Made by a program: the position numbers and the translations under genes
Assembly: GCA_946610835.1 (NCBI GenBank)
Contig: CAMOCU010000001.1
Location: 1-25,105, forward strand
From: an uncultured Clostridia bacterium
Lineage (GTDB): Bacteria > Bacillota > Clostridia > Oscillospirales > Acutalibacteraceae
Direction of reading: 5' to 3'
DNA length: 25,105 nucleotides
Notes under the pieces: generated by a model
Seen by the model: only the letters and a program-made list of their open reading frames with translations
Databases searched by the model: none
Told to the model about the DNA's origin: nothing
Shown: positions 1-8,150 of the stretch, one piece after another
Numbering within the stretch: position 1 is the first letter of the stretch
How the letters are laid out: every line of letters starts with the position of its first letter

Positions 1-1
1 C

Positions 2-2314
2 GGGAACGTATTCGTTGGGGCAGATTATCGCAGGTGATGCAAGCCAGTCGCCGTGAAATCCCATAAAGGGCATGCTCAGCGCAGTTTCGGCGCCGTTCAA
101 ATTGGACAGGCGGATATAACCCTCTACATAAAATCCGTTGGTAAACACTTGCGCATTGTGCGCCAGTTCGGCGGCATCCAGCGAGACTGTCAGCGTGATC
201 GTGCGCGTTTCGCCCGGATGCAGGGTAAAGCTGCGGGGCATATTGCCGGAGACGATCGTGTAGCTCAGCGGAACACTTTTGCGGTTGATCACAGGCGTTT
301 CAGTCAGCACGCCGGAATAGTTGTCAAAATCCCGCGAAATCTCGTAATCGTCGGTGATCACATCCAGATCCAGATGATCATAACGCACATCCTTGTCGGA
401 AACGTTTTTGACCGTGAAGGCCATATCGAAAGTGTCCTCTATTCCGTCGCCGAGATTCAGCGCCGTATGACCGCTTTTGTCGGTCAAAACCGCGTTGGCT
501 GCCGCGGCACGACCGATATGGATCAGACCGGCGCCCACAGCGCGCGGTGAAGCGGCAACGCCGTCCGCCACGACCGGCTCAGCGGTGGACATGAGCAGAT
601 TTTCCATCAGATCGGCGCGCTCCGCAGCAGGGAGAGAAGGATACTTTTTCTCCATACTCTGTCGAAGCAGCGCGGCTGCGCCGGTTACATGAGGCGACGC
701 CATGGATGTGCCGCCCATAAATTCGTACATTCCGCCTGTGATTGCGGAAAGGATAGTGCCGCCCGGCGCGGCCATGTCAACCGTCATACGCAAATCGTCG
801 CTCACACCGTAGCTGCTGAAGTCGCTGACCTGCGGCTGCGCGGCGGGTGCGGAATGGTACTGTGCGAATTCCGTTGTGATAAATTGTGATTTGCTGTGAT
901 ACAGACGGTAAGCGTCCAGATCGGCAACAACCACAACTTCGATATCGCCGCTGTAAGAAACTGTTGCTGCCAAATCAAACAGGGATTCCGGAACGATCAG
1001 ACCAAGGATACCTTTGTTTGCAATTTTGAGGATATAGGCATTGACATCGCCTGTAACATCATAAATCAGGGCGATTTTTCCTTTCAAATCGCCGGGAAGA
1101 CCCCATTTTGCCACGGGAGCAAGCGTGCCTTCCGCAGGGAAGTTGTAGGTTGATGCAAGGCTCAAAACACTCTTGCCCTCGTCGTAATGCAGTGCCTTGA
1201 CGCCGACTTTGGCGGATTCAGAATACAGATTTTCCACCGAGGCAATACTCGAAGCATCCGGGATACCGTTCGGAATACCGTTGGTTCCGTTGTCCGGCAG
1301 CTGCGTGAATGTGTTGGTGATGGCAGAATTGCCGGCCGCGGCACAAACCAGAATACCGTTCTCACGCGCATTGGTGACTGCCTCGCACAGCAGCGCGTGC
1401 GCCGGATCGTTGGGAATTTCAAATTCCATCCCGACGCTCATGTTCATGGCTGCGATGTCAAATTTGGCGGCATCGTCAATAGCGGAAAGCAGATTGCCCA
1501 GAAAGATCTCGTTGTCAATGACGTTGATTTTGAACATCAGCACCTGCGCTTCGGGTGCCACGCCTTCGATCGAGCTGCTGTTGCCTGCGGCGATACCGCT
1601 GACGTGTGTGCCGTGATCCGGCGCAGCATCATTGAGATCGTTCACTTCCACATCTTTATCGTAATAATCGTATGCGAAAGGTACCTTTGCGCTTTTGTAC
1701 ACGTCGTCCGCGCGGACGCCTTCGGTGTGCAGTGAAGTGTCCCGGATGATGGCGGCAATGTCGTCCTTGGAATACTTCGCTGCGCTTTCGTCTGTCAGCG
1801 TCATGGCTTCATGATCCCATTGAAATCCGCCGTCAATTACGGCGACTGCCGTACCCGCGCCGTCGTATCCGAGCGCGCGCATCTCATCCGCGCCGATCAT
1901 ATCAACTGAGCCCAGACGCGCACCGCTGCCGACCGGCTCGCGTACGGCGCGCACATAACCGATTTCGATTACATCCGTAACGCCATCCAGTGCGCGCAGC
2001 TCCGCAGCGTCCCGCCGCTGTGTTTCGATCGTTACGCCGTTGAGCGCATGTGTATAGGTATGCAGTACCTGCGCGTCATCTGTTGCATCCTGTACGGCTT
2101 TGACACCGGATCGGACAGCTTTTTGTGTGCGTTTGAGCGCCTTTTGCGCGTCCTGCCCTTTTGCTGCGGCAGCAAGAACGCCATCGCCCTCAAAGCGAAC
2201 GAACAGCGTCGTCTTTTCCCGGCCGTGCATTCCTTCCGCAACAGCTGACGCAGATACGCTCACACAGCCCAGACACAGGCAGATTGTGAGTAAAACAGCC
2301 AAACATTTTTTCAT
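2..2314 (-). CDS. S8 family (subtilisin/lactocepin-like) secreted serine protease, partial (3' end runs off window); host gene
   Basis: Manual translation of an open minus frame missing from the ORF track: ATG at 2314 after GAGGAG, signal peptide MKKCLAVLLTICLCLGCVSVSASA, I9-like propeptide (YTHALNGVTI), catalytic triad VAVIDGG / DHGTHVSGIAAG / GGTSMASPHVTG, oxyanion AAGN, SDFSSYG. Confidence 0.93.
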   Translation of the reverse strand, partial: MKKCLAVLLTICLCLGCVSVSASAVAEGMHGREKTTLFVRFEGDGVLAAAAKGQDAQKALKRTQKAVRSGVKAVQDATDDAQVLHTYTHALNGVTIETQRRDAAELRALDGVTDVIEIGYVRAVREPVGSGARLGSVDMIGADEMRALGYDGAGTAVAVIDGGFQWDHEAMTLTDESAAKYSKDDIAAIIRDTSLHTEGVRADDVYKSAKVPFAYDYYDKDVEVNDLNDAAPDHGTHVSGIAAGNSSSIEGVAPEAQVLMFKINVIDNEIFLGNLLSAIDDAAKFDIAAMNMSVGMEFEIPNDPAHALLCEAVTNARENGILVCAAAGNSAITNTFTQLPDNGTNGIPNGIPDASSIASVENLYSESAKVGVKALHYDEGKSVLSLASTYNFPAEGTLAPVAKWGLPGDLKGKIALIYDVTGDVNAYILKIANKGILGLIVPESLFDLAATVSYSGDIEVVVVADLDAYRLYHSKSQFITTEFAQYHSAPAAQPQVSDFSSYGVSDDLRMTVDMAAPGGTILSAITGGMYEFMGGTSMASPHVTGAAALLRQSMEKKYPSLPAAERADLMENLLMSTAEPVVADGVAASPRAVGAGLIHIGRAAAANAVLTDKSGHTALNLGDGIEDTFDMAFTVKNVSDKDVRYDHLDLDVITDDYEISRDFDNYSGVLTETPVINRKSVPLSYTIVSGNMPRSFTLHPGETRTITLTVSLDAAELAHNAQVFTNGFYVEGYIRLSNLNGAETALSMPFMGFHGDWLASPAIICPNEYVP

Positions 2315-2342
2315 TTCTTTGTCTCCTCTCTAAGTTTTCTAC

Positions 2343-2371
2343 AATCTATCATACTTTTCTTCTCCTGTCAA
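2343..2371 (-). promoter_or_regulatory. SigA-type promoter of the S8 protease
   Basis: Minus strand TTGACA (2371-2366) - N17 - TAGATT (2348-2343) with TGn extended -10, ~30 nt upstream of the ATG. Confidence 0.65.
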
Positions 2372-2473
2372 TTCCATACGGATAATCTTAAACGGTTCTG
2401 TCGAAACTCTTAAGGAAATCTTAAGGGCTTTACGTCTTAAATACATTGTCAATCAACAGAAAAATCAAAAGAG

Positions 2474-2493
2474 TGTTACCAATTAGTTACCAT
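2474..2493. other. Putative attL region, integrase arm-type repeats
   Basis: Two GTTACCA copies (gtgttaccaattagttacca) just past the integrase stop. The att core cannot be fixed without attR. Confidence 0.4.
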
Positions 2494-2504
2494 TACGCAT
2501 CACA

Positions 2505-3572
2505 TCAGAGACAATTAACTGCGTTTTTTAGCTGCTCGAGATCTGTATGTGTATATGTAGCGATGTTGACTTTGACATCTTTGTGCCCCATAAGGCGCAT
2601 GCGCGTTTTTGTGTCGACACCTTTTTTGTTTAGCAGGCTATTATATGTGTGCCGTGTGGAATGCGGGGTTAGCTTTTCTGCATGTCTGGCGGCTATCCCA
2701 AGTTCCTCGATCGTTTGATAAAACGCTTTACGAAGCTGCTTTTTTGTATAGGGCACATATCGGCCTCCTTCGCGTCGGCAGAATATCGCGGCCTGATCGT
2801 TGGCCAAGTGTTTATCTATGTATTTTTGGATTTTTGGCGGGATCGGAACAACGCGATCTTTTCCGGTATCCGTCTTAGAGCCGCCTGTAAGCGTGTGATT
2901 TTTGGAATCATAACTAAACCGTGTAAGAGCACAGAATTCTCCGATTCGCCATCCGGTATAGCACATAACAAGGATCAAATCGGCAATTCCAACGTTCCTT
3001 TCCGCAGCTTTCTCCAAATCCAGCAAATCAAGATCGGAAAAGATTTCTTTCTCTTTTTCGTCTTTTTTGGGCAGCACGATATATGACGCATAGTTTTTGT
3101 TGATTATATCCTGCTGGATGGCGTACTGCTCCAATCGGCCTGCAAGGAGTTTGATATTGCTGAGGGTTGCGTGGGATCGTCCGCTTTCCATCGCTCGGTC
3201 AACGCAAAACTGGAACTGTGCTGTTTTAATCTCTGTAACTTTGTATCGTTTGATCGGCGCAAGCCACTTCCATGCTGCATTGTATACGTATTCCCCCGAT
3301 TTTCCAATCGTCTTGTACGTTATGGTCGACCAATCCGCAAAAAGCTTTTCAAGCGTAATCTGTGCGTTCGGGGCAGGAGGACACAGCCTATATCGGTACA
3401 GTGCTTCGAGTGCTTCTTGTCGCGTTGCGAAATATCCGATGATTTTCCGATTAAAATTACCAAGTTCATCTTCCATTCCCGGCGCTCTGGCAATCCACGG
3501 CTTTCTTCGATTTCCGGACAGCTTTGACACCGATCCGCTGCCGTTTGCGTTTCTCTTGTACTTTTTGGGCAT
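2505..3572 (-). CDS. int: Tyrosine recombinase / phage integrase
   Basis: 355 aa; N-terminal NGSGSV..LSGNRRKPW arm-binding segment; catalytic residues TGWRIGE (R), GSKT (K), PHSTRH (H-x-x-R), MGH, TYTH (Y). Confidence 0.96.
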   Translation of the reverse strand: MPKKYKRNANGSGSVSKLSGNRRKPWIARAPGMEDELGNFNRKIIGYFATRQEALEALYRYRLCPPAPNAQITLEKLFADWSTITYKTIGKSGEYVYNAAWKWLAPIKRYKVTEIKTAQFQFCVDRAMESGRSHATLSNIKLLAGRLEQYAIQQDIINKNYASYIVLPKKDEKEKEIFSDLDLLDLEKAAERNVGIADLILVMCYTGWRIGEFCALTRFSYDSKNHTLTGGSKTDTGKDRVVPIPPKIQKYIDKHLANDQAAIFCRREGGRYVPYTKKQLRKAFYQTIEELGIAARHAEKLTPHSTRHTYNSLLNKKGVDTKTRMRLMGHKDVKVNIATYTHTDLEQLKNAVNCL

Positions 3573-3598
3573 AAAAAGACCTGCCTTTCAAAAATTGG

Positions 3599-3627
3599 TT
3601 GCATTTTCCAAAGGCAGGTGATATACT
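3599..3627 (+). promoter_or_regulatory. Antisense SigA-type promoter in the integrase leader
   Basis: TTGCAT (3599-3604) - N17 - TATACT (3622-3627) with TGn extension. Confidence 0.65.
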
Positions 3628-3633
3628 TATATT

Positions 3634-3706
3634 ATCGACCTGCCTTTTAGCTGAGGGTTCGGTTGATATTCATCCGTTCGGTGTTCCCAGCACCGGGCGG
3701 TTTTTT
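3634..3706 (+). ncRNA. Putative ~70-nt antisense RNA to the int leader
   Basis: Lies between the promoter and an intrinsic terminator; no ORF; the 5' end GACCUGCCUUUU is complementary to the int SD region. Confidence 0.5.
3674..3706 (+). terminator. Intrinsic terminator
   Basis: CCGTTCGGTG-ttcccag-CACCGGGCGG-TTTTTT; two G.U pairs favour the plus-strand RNA. Confidence 0.75.
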
Positions 3707-3738
3707 ATTTCATCTCTGCTTCCTTTTGTATACGTCCT

Positions 3739-4278
3739 TTATATGTCCTTGTTTTTGCCATAGAATACTCTGCCGCTATCCAAATTCTTTTTGTATGCAC
3801 ACGCTGCGGCTGCGTAGATCAGATCATCATGCAGGCAGTGACCAGCATCGCTGCATTGCTCGAATTTTCCGCAGCATCCGAAAGTCGGAAAGGAAAACGC
3901 ACTAAGAAATATCGGCTCAAAAGCATCACGTAGAACATCAGCATAGCGAAAAAAATCGACCAACTGTACGCGCCGCCATGGGTCGCTGGGCACATCCATA
4001 ACCGGGACGTTGTACGCCCGAAGTATTTCTGCAGACTTTTCCGGGAAAGAGACAAATTGAACTTTTGATCCAAGATAGACTCGCGCAAGTGTGGAACAGC
4101 CGCTTTGACGGTATACCGTACTTCCATAGGTCATAACCAAATAAGTGATCGGAAGGTCAGCTTGCTTGCCGGTTCCGGGACGTAGCTCTAAAGATATATA
4201 GTCAAGATATCGTTGAGGGATAAAGCTTTCAACGGCTTTCAAAACAGCCTCCGCTGATTGTTGCTCAAACAGATTCAT
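3739..4278 (-). CDS. Hypothetical protein with C-terminal Cys/His (putative Zn-binding) motif
   Basis: 179 aa; RBS GGAGG; C-terminus FGCCGKFEQCSDAGHCLH...CAYKKNLDSGRVFYGK. Confidence 0.75.
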   Translation of the reverse strand: MNLFEQQSAEAVLKAVESFIPQRYLDYISLELRPGTGKQADLPITYLVMTYGSTVYRQSGCSTLARVYLGSKVQFVSFPEKSAEILRAYNVPVMDVPSDPWRRVQLVDFFRYADVLRDAFEPIFLSAFSFPTFGCCGKFEQCSDAGHCLHDDLIYAAAACAYKKNLDSGRVFYGKNKDI

Positions 4279-4296
4279 ACTTATTCCTCCGCGTTA

Positions 4297-5202
4297 TTAT
4301 GCATTCACTATATCATAGAAAGTCAGCTCATCAATTATATCAATGTCCTGCCCCGCGAGTTTGAGCTTCTCGGCTTTCTTTTGTTTTGAGGATTTTTCTC
4401 CGTGAAGAATAGCGTTGTAATCGTTGTTTCCGAGAATCAGATAATTGGTGTTCCTTGTGACGCTGTTATCTAATATACCTCCAAGGTTGACAACAAGCTG
4501 CATGGCCTCCTGTCTGACCATCTTTTCAAGGGTACCTGTAAAAACAACGTGTTTTCCAAAGAAAAAACCATCATCATCTATTTCTACAGCAGAGGGAACG
4601 ATTGTACTGATGTCAATGCCTTTTCTGTAACGCTGTTTTCTTTTTTCTTTTTTCCATAAATCCTCAATCTTCAGATTTTTTTCTGACATTGTGGCTTTTA
4701 TGGCGTCATACAATTCTTTCGTGGAAATACAATCCGCTAAGGAACGATGCGCGTTGTTGGATAGCCCTAAATATGCAGTCAAATCGGATAATCTGTGATG
4801 CTTCAATTCCGGAAAAACTTTTCTGGCAAATTGCATCGTATCCATGTAAACGTTATCGAGCGGTTGTGAGAAGCCCTCGCTAAGAAACCTGATGTCAAAA
4901 GAGGTATTGTGCCCGAGAATGACATCGTCACCAAGGAAGGATATTACAGCGTCTTTTACCTCCATAATTGAGGGCATCCCTTTAACCATTTCGTTAGTGA
5001 TTCCTGTCAATTCGGTAATAAAAGGATCAATCTCATATTCGGGCTGAATTAACTGAGCGTATTGCTCTACAATCTTATTGTCCCTAACACGAAGTATGCC
5101 GATTTCAATTACTTCATCATAATAAGCAGACAACCCTGTGGTTTCGGTGTCTAAAACACAATAATCATCAATTATTTTTTTGGTGTAATTTGTGTTCCCC
5201 AT
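4297..5202 (-). CDS. DEDDh 3'-5' exonuclease (DnaQ/Pol III epsilon-like) fused to a BRCT domain
   Basis: ExoI VLDTETTG, ExoII GHNTSFD, ExoIII AHRSLAD; BRCT FFGKHVVFTGTL...VTRNTNYLILG...SSKQKKA. Confidence 0.9.
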   Translation of the reverse strand: MGNTNYTKKIIDDYCVLDTETTGLSAYYDEVIEIGILRVRDNKIVEQYAQLIQPEYEIDPFITELTGITNEMVKGMPSIMEVKDAVISFLGDDVILGHNTSFDIRFLSEGFSQPLDNVYMDTMQFARKVFPELKHHRLSDLTAYLGLSNNAHRSLADCISTKELYDAIKATMSEKNLKIEDLWKKEKRKQRYRKGIDISTIVPSAVEIDDDGFFFGKHVVFTGTLEKMVRQEAMQLVVNLGGILDNSVTRNTNYLILGNNDYNAILHGEKSSKQKKAEKLKLAGQDIDIIDELTFYDIVNA

Positions 5203-5223
5203 CTTTACGAAAATCTTCCTCTC

Positions 5224-5865
5224 TCACATATCGAATTGTACACGAACAACTTTACCGAGCACTTTCACGTTAGTTTCGCGCAGATCGTATTCCTGTACTT
5301 CATGAGCCGGATTCGTAGACAAAGGGATCAAGTATACAATGTTGCCAGTGCGAATGAACTTTTTGACTGTCGCATCGCTATCTCCTACAAGAACGATGGC
5401 AATCTCGCCGTTTTCAACGATGTCCTGCTTACGGACGATGACGATATCATTGTCTTGGATGCGCGCAGCGTTCATGCTGTCGCCAACGATCCGCAGTCCG
5501 AAGTATTCGGCACCCCCGTTAAGCTCTGTCAGAATATATCCCTCTATGTTCTCATCCGCATAAAGCGGTAGCCCGGCACGTACGCATCCAAGCAACGGAA
5601 TTTTGTGCGTTGGATTATATGAAAACGTACCTGGGGTGTCCTCAACATCCTTTTGATCCCATCCCATAAGTTGTTCTGGTGATGAGCCAAGAGCTTGTGC
5701 AAAAGCAATTATTTTGGACTGACTGACATCTCGTATTCCAAGTTCGATTTTGTTAATAGCAGAAGACGTTTTATACCCAACGCGCTCTGCAAGCTCCTGC
5801 TGTGTCAAATTTTGAGCTTCCCTGAGACGTTTAATTCGTTCACCGATTTTCACTGTACGTCCCAC
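5224..5865 (-). CDS. LexA/CI-like prophage repressor (XRE HTH + S24 peptidase)
   Basis: HTH LTQQELAERVGYKTSSAINKIELG; Ala-Gly cleavage site CVRAG; catalytic GDSM and TVKK; implies RecA/SOS inducibility. Confidence 0.95.
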   Translation of the reverse strand: MGRTVKIGERIKRLREAQNLTQQELAERVGYKTSSAINKIELGIRDVSQSKIIAFAQALGSSPEQLMGWDQKDVEDTPGTFSYNPTHKIPLLGCVRAGLPLYADENIEGYILTELNGGAEYFGLRIVGDSMNAARIQDNDIVIVRKQDIVENGEIAIVLVGDSDATVKKFIRTGNIVYLIPLSTNPAHEVQEYDLRETNVKVLGKVVRVQFDM

Positions 5866-5876
5866 CTTTCATTACC

Positions 5877-5961
5877 ATTATACACAAAATAGCCGGAATG
5901 TCAAATATTTTTTATGTTTTTCAAAAATGTTGTTGACAATTCGGCTAAGCTATGCTAAAAT
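5877..5961. promoter_or_regulatory. Divergent lysogenic/lytic promoters
   Basis: Leftward TTGACA (5904-5899) - N16 - TATAAT (5882-5877); rightward TTGACA (5933-5938) - N17 - TAAAAT (5956-5961) with TGn. Confidence 0.8.
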
Positions 5962-6225
5962 GTCAGCAGTTAGCCAAATTGTCTATTTTGGGAGGTGATA
6001 AACATGACTGATTCAAAGGCACTTCGGGCGGCTATCATTGTTGCAGGATACAAAATTCCGCAACTCGCCGAGATGCTGGGTATTTCTGTGCAATCGTTTT
6101 ATAATAAGATTAACAATCGGACTGAGTTTCTTGCGTCAGAAATTGATGCTTTGTGCGCGGCTCTCCATTTAACAGTTGTACAGAGAATGTCTATTTTTTT
6201 TGTACGAAAATAGCCAATTTGGCTA
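5890..6225. promoter_or_regulatory. Four 15-bp repressor operators, consensus TAGCC-N5-G(G/T)CWA
   Basis: 5890-5904 tagccggaatgtcaa; 5933-5947 (rc) tagccgaattgtcaa; 5971-5985 tagccaaattgtcta; 6211-6225 tagccaatttggcta. The first two overlap the -35 boxes. Confidence 0.75.
6004..6213 (+). CDS. Cro-like XRE HTH regulator
   Basis: GGAGGTG RBS then ATG at 6004; HTH KIPQLAEMLGISVQSFYNKINNRTEF; divergent from the repressor. Confidence 0.85.
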   Translation: MTDSKALRAAIIVAGYKIPQLAEMLGISVQSFYNKINNRTEFLASEIDALCAALHLTVVQRMSIFFVRK

Positions 6226-6264
6226 TTTTGGAGAAATGTTGTAAAAACGGAAGGAGTAACACAG

Positions 6265-6549
6265 ATGACGGATCAGGAAATTCTGTCGAAACGAAAGGTT
6301 ACGATTGCTGACGCAGCAAAATATCTTTGTGTGCCGGAGAATCATCTACGTAGCGCGATAAAACATGGCCGGATTGACATTGGCAGCTGTGACCAGCCAA
6401 CAGGGCGAAGATGGGTATATCACATTGAGCCGGAGCGGCTGATTGCGTACAAGCATGCCACAAACACAGGCGATAACGCCGTTTTGTTGGCAATGATACA
6501 AGGATTGGAATCACGCGTCCGCGAGTTGGAAAACTGGCGGCGCAGTTAA
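6265..6549 (+). CDS. Excisionase-like / MerR-type HTH DNA-binding protein
   Basis: 94 aa; KVTIADAAKYLCVPENHLRSAIKHG; RBS AAGGAG. Confidence 0.7.
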   Translation: MTDQEILSKRKVTIADAAKYLCVPENHLRSAIKHGRIDIGSCDQPTGRRWVYHIEPERLIAYKHATNTGDNAVLLAMIQGLESRVRELENWRRS

Positions 6550-6585
6550 AAAAGGAGGAACTCCACGTTTGAAACACGAAGGAGT

Positions 6586-6800
6586 ATGAAAAGACAGATC
6601 GCAGAGCTGCAGCGGACGGTGAAGAATCTGGACATGCATCTTGCGGCCGAGCGGCAGGCGTGAAGATTTGGCAGATCGCTGATATGCTCGGTATCAGGGA
6701 TTATACTCTCAGCAGGAAACTACGCTATGAGCTGCCCGAAGCGGAAAAGCAAAAGATTCTGCAAATCATTGAGCAGCTTTCCAAAGAGGTGACAGAATGA
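6586..6800 (+). pseudogene. Small phage HTH gene split by an apparent 1-bp frameshift (or two coupled mini-ORFs, 6586-6663 and 6660-6800)
   Basis: The first frame gives MKRQIAELQRTVKNLDMHLAAER; a second frame continues AGVKIWQIADMLGIRDYTLSRKLRYELPEAEKQKILQIIEQL. Adding one base at ~6654 joins them. Confidence 0.5.
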
Positions 6801-6979
6801 GCGAATGGCGCGTAAGCAGCAACTATGCCGGAGGGTCGCACTTCTGGCAGGTGTACCGTCTGCGCTCGATGTGTGCGGTCGACCACGCCGGCAACCGGGA
6901 ATACAGAGGCGGTCTGTTCGACACGGAAGACGAGGCACAGCGGTATGCGGACGAGCTGAACAGAGAAAAAGGAGCCTGA
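6797..6979 (+). CDS. Small phage hypothetical protein
   Basis: 60 aa; RBS GAGGTG; ATGA-coupled to the upstream ORF. Confidence 0.75.
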   Translation: MSEWRVSSNYAGGSHFWQVYRLRSMCAVDHAGNREYRGGLFDTEDEAQRYADELNREKGA

Positions 6980-6983
6980 ACGA

Positions 6984-7415
6984 ATGGACGTTCGTTTTTC
7001 AAAAAGAGCACCGTGGTGCTGCCCGGCGTATGAAAATTACTACATCCAACACAGACCAGCAGGAAGGGACATTTATGGAAATGAGACGTATGAATACGCC
7101 TTATTTCGAAGGCTAACGTTTCGAGTCGTGAAACGATTTCGAACGCGCAAACAGGCGTATGCGTATGTGAGTCGGATGACCGGATATACCCGCTTTGATG
7201 TAAAAATGGGGAGCACTGCTATCATCGTAAACGACAGACAGTATTTGGGTGTCCTGTACGGGGAAACGCTTTTCCGGATCGAAAAGAGAACAAACGAGGT
7301 CTCGACGCGTCCGGTAAATGATATTCAGCTATCCGGCTGGTACATGCATTATACAGATTGTGTGGAAGACGCCAAACAAATAATCAGAAAAGAAGGTGAT
7401 CCCGATGACGGATGA
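6984..7415 (+). CDS. Hypothetical protein
   Basis: 143 aa; RBS AAGGAG; overlaps the next gene. Confidence 0.6.
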   Translation: MDVRFSKRAPWCCPAYENYYIQHRPAGRDIYGNETYEYALFRRLTFRVVKRFRTRKQAYAYVSRMTGYTRFDVKMGSTAIIVNDRQYLGVLYGETLFRIEKRTNEVSTRPVNDIQLSGWYMHYTDCVEDAKQIIRKEGDPDDG

Positions 7416-7701
7416 AGAGCTGCGGGCGTATCCAAAAGTAACGTGCGTGATCGCGGCGAAGTATCTCGGAATTGATCCGGAAGTGCTGCGGTGCAGCGTG
7501 GAAAGCCACGAAATCCCGATCGGCGTTGTACCGAAAGGCGAAAAGCGCCGGGGCAACATGTGGGTGAACACGGAAGCGCTGATTAAATTTAAGCATGGAG
7601 AGCTGAACAGCTCCCTGATGCTTCTGTATGCGGCGCTCTTACAAAGAGTAGAAGCACTTGAAACGGTGCTGACGAAAGAAAACGCGAGTCATAAAATATG
7701 A
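7405..7701 (+). CDS. Excisionase-like HTH protein, paralogue of 6265-6549
   Basis: MTDEELRAYPKVTCVIAAKYLGIDPEVLR; start moved to ATG 7405 behind GAAGGTGA. Confidence 0.7.
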   Translation: MTDEELRAYPKVTCVIAAKYLGIDPEVLRCSVESHEIPIGVVPKGEKRRGNMWVNTEALIKFKHGELNSSLMLLYAALLQRVEALETVLTKENASHKI

Positions 7702-7718
7702 AAATCAAGGAGGCAACC

Positions 7719-8132
7719 ATGTTTTACAAGCAAAAATACGAAGCTGCACGGGCGGCAAATACGACGCTGATCCATCAGATGCAGGTACAGCACACGGAGA
7801 TCCGCACGCTGCGGGAAGAAAACGGGATCCTGTCTGAAGCGAAAGAGAAGGCTGCGAAAGCTGCACTGAACGCGGCGAACGAGATCACCCGGCTGCAGGA
7901 AGAGAACAACACGCTCTGCGAAGCGAACGGCGAACTCAAGCGCGCGCTGGATCTGGAGATGCGTCAGAAGGAAGAGCTTGACAAGCTGCTTTGCCAGGCG
8001 CAGCGGCGTTACACCTGCCCGGAGGACTGTGCTCATCAGGCCAATTACCGCGGATGCCGCACCTGCACCCGCAACCCGCACGCAGTGGACAAATACGAGG
8101 CAGCGGATCACTTTGCCGCCTGCGGATATTAA
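7719..8132 (+). CDS. Coiled-coil protein with C-terminal Cys cluster
   Basis: AAGGAGG RBS before ATG 7719; heptad-rich body; CPEDC...GCRTC tail. Confidence 0.7.
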   Translation: MFYKQKYEAARAANTTLIHQMQVQHTEIRTLREENGILSEAKEKAAKAALNAANEITRLQEENNTLCEANGELKRALDLEMRQKEELDKLLCQAQRRYTCPEDCAHQANYRGCRTCTRNPHAVDKYEAADHFAACGY

Positions 8133-8150
8133 AAAAGGAGAGATTGCACC

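Noticed and set aside
53-2333. Plus-strand ORFs over the first 2.3 kb
   Set aside because: Shadows of the minus-strand S8 protease, which has a complete catalytic triad.
2330-2504. tRNA/tmRNA integration target
   Set aside because: No cloverleaf, T-loop (GTTCGA) or CCA remnant visible.
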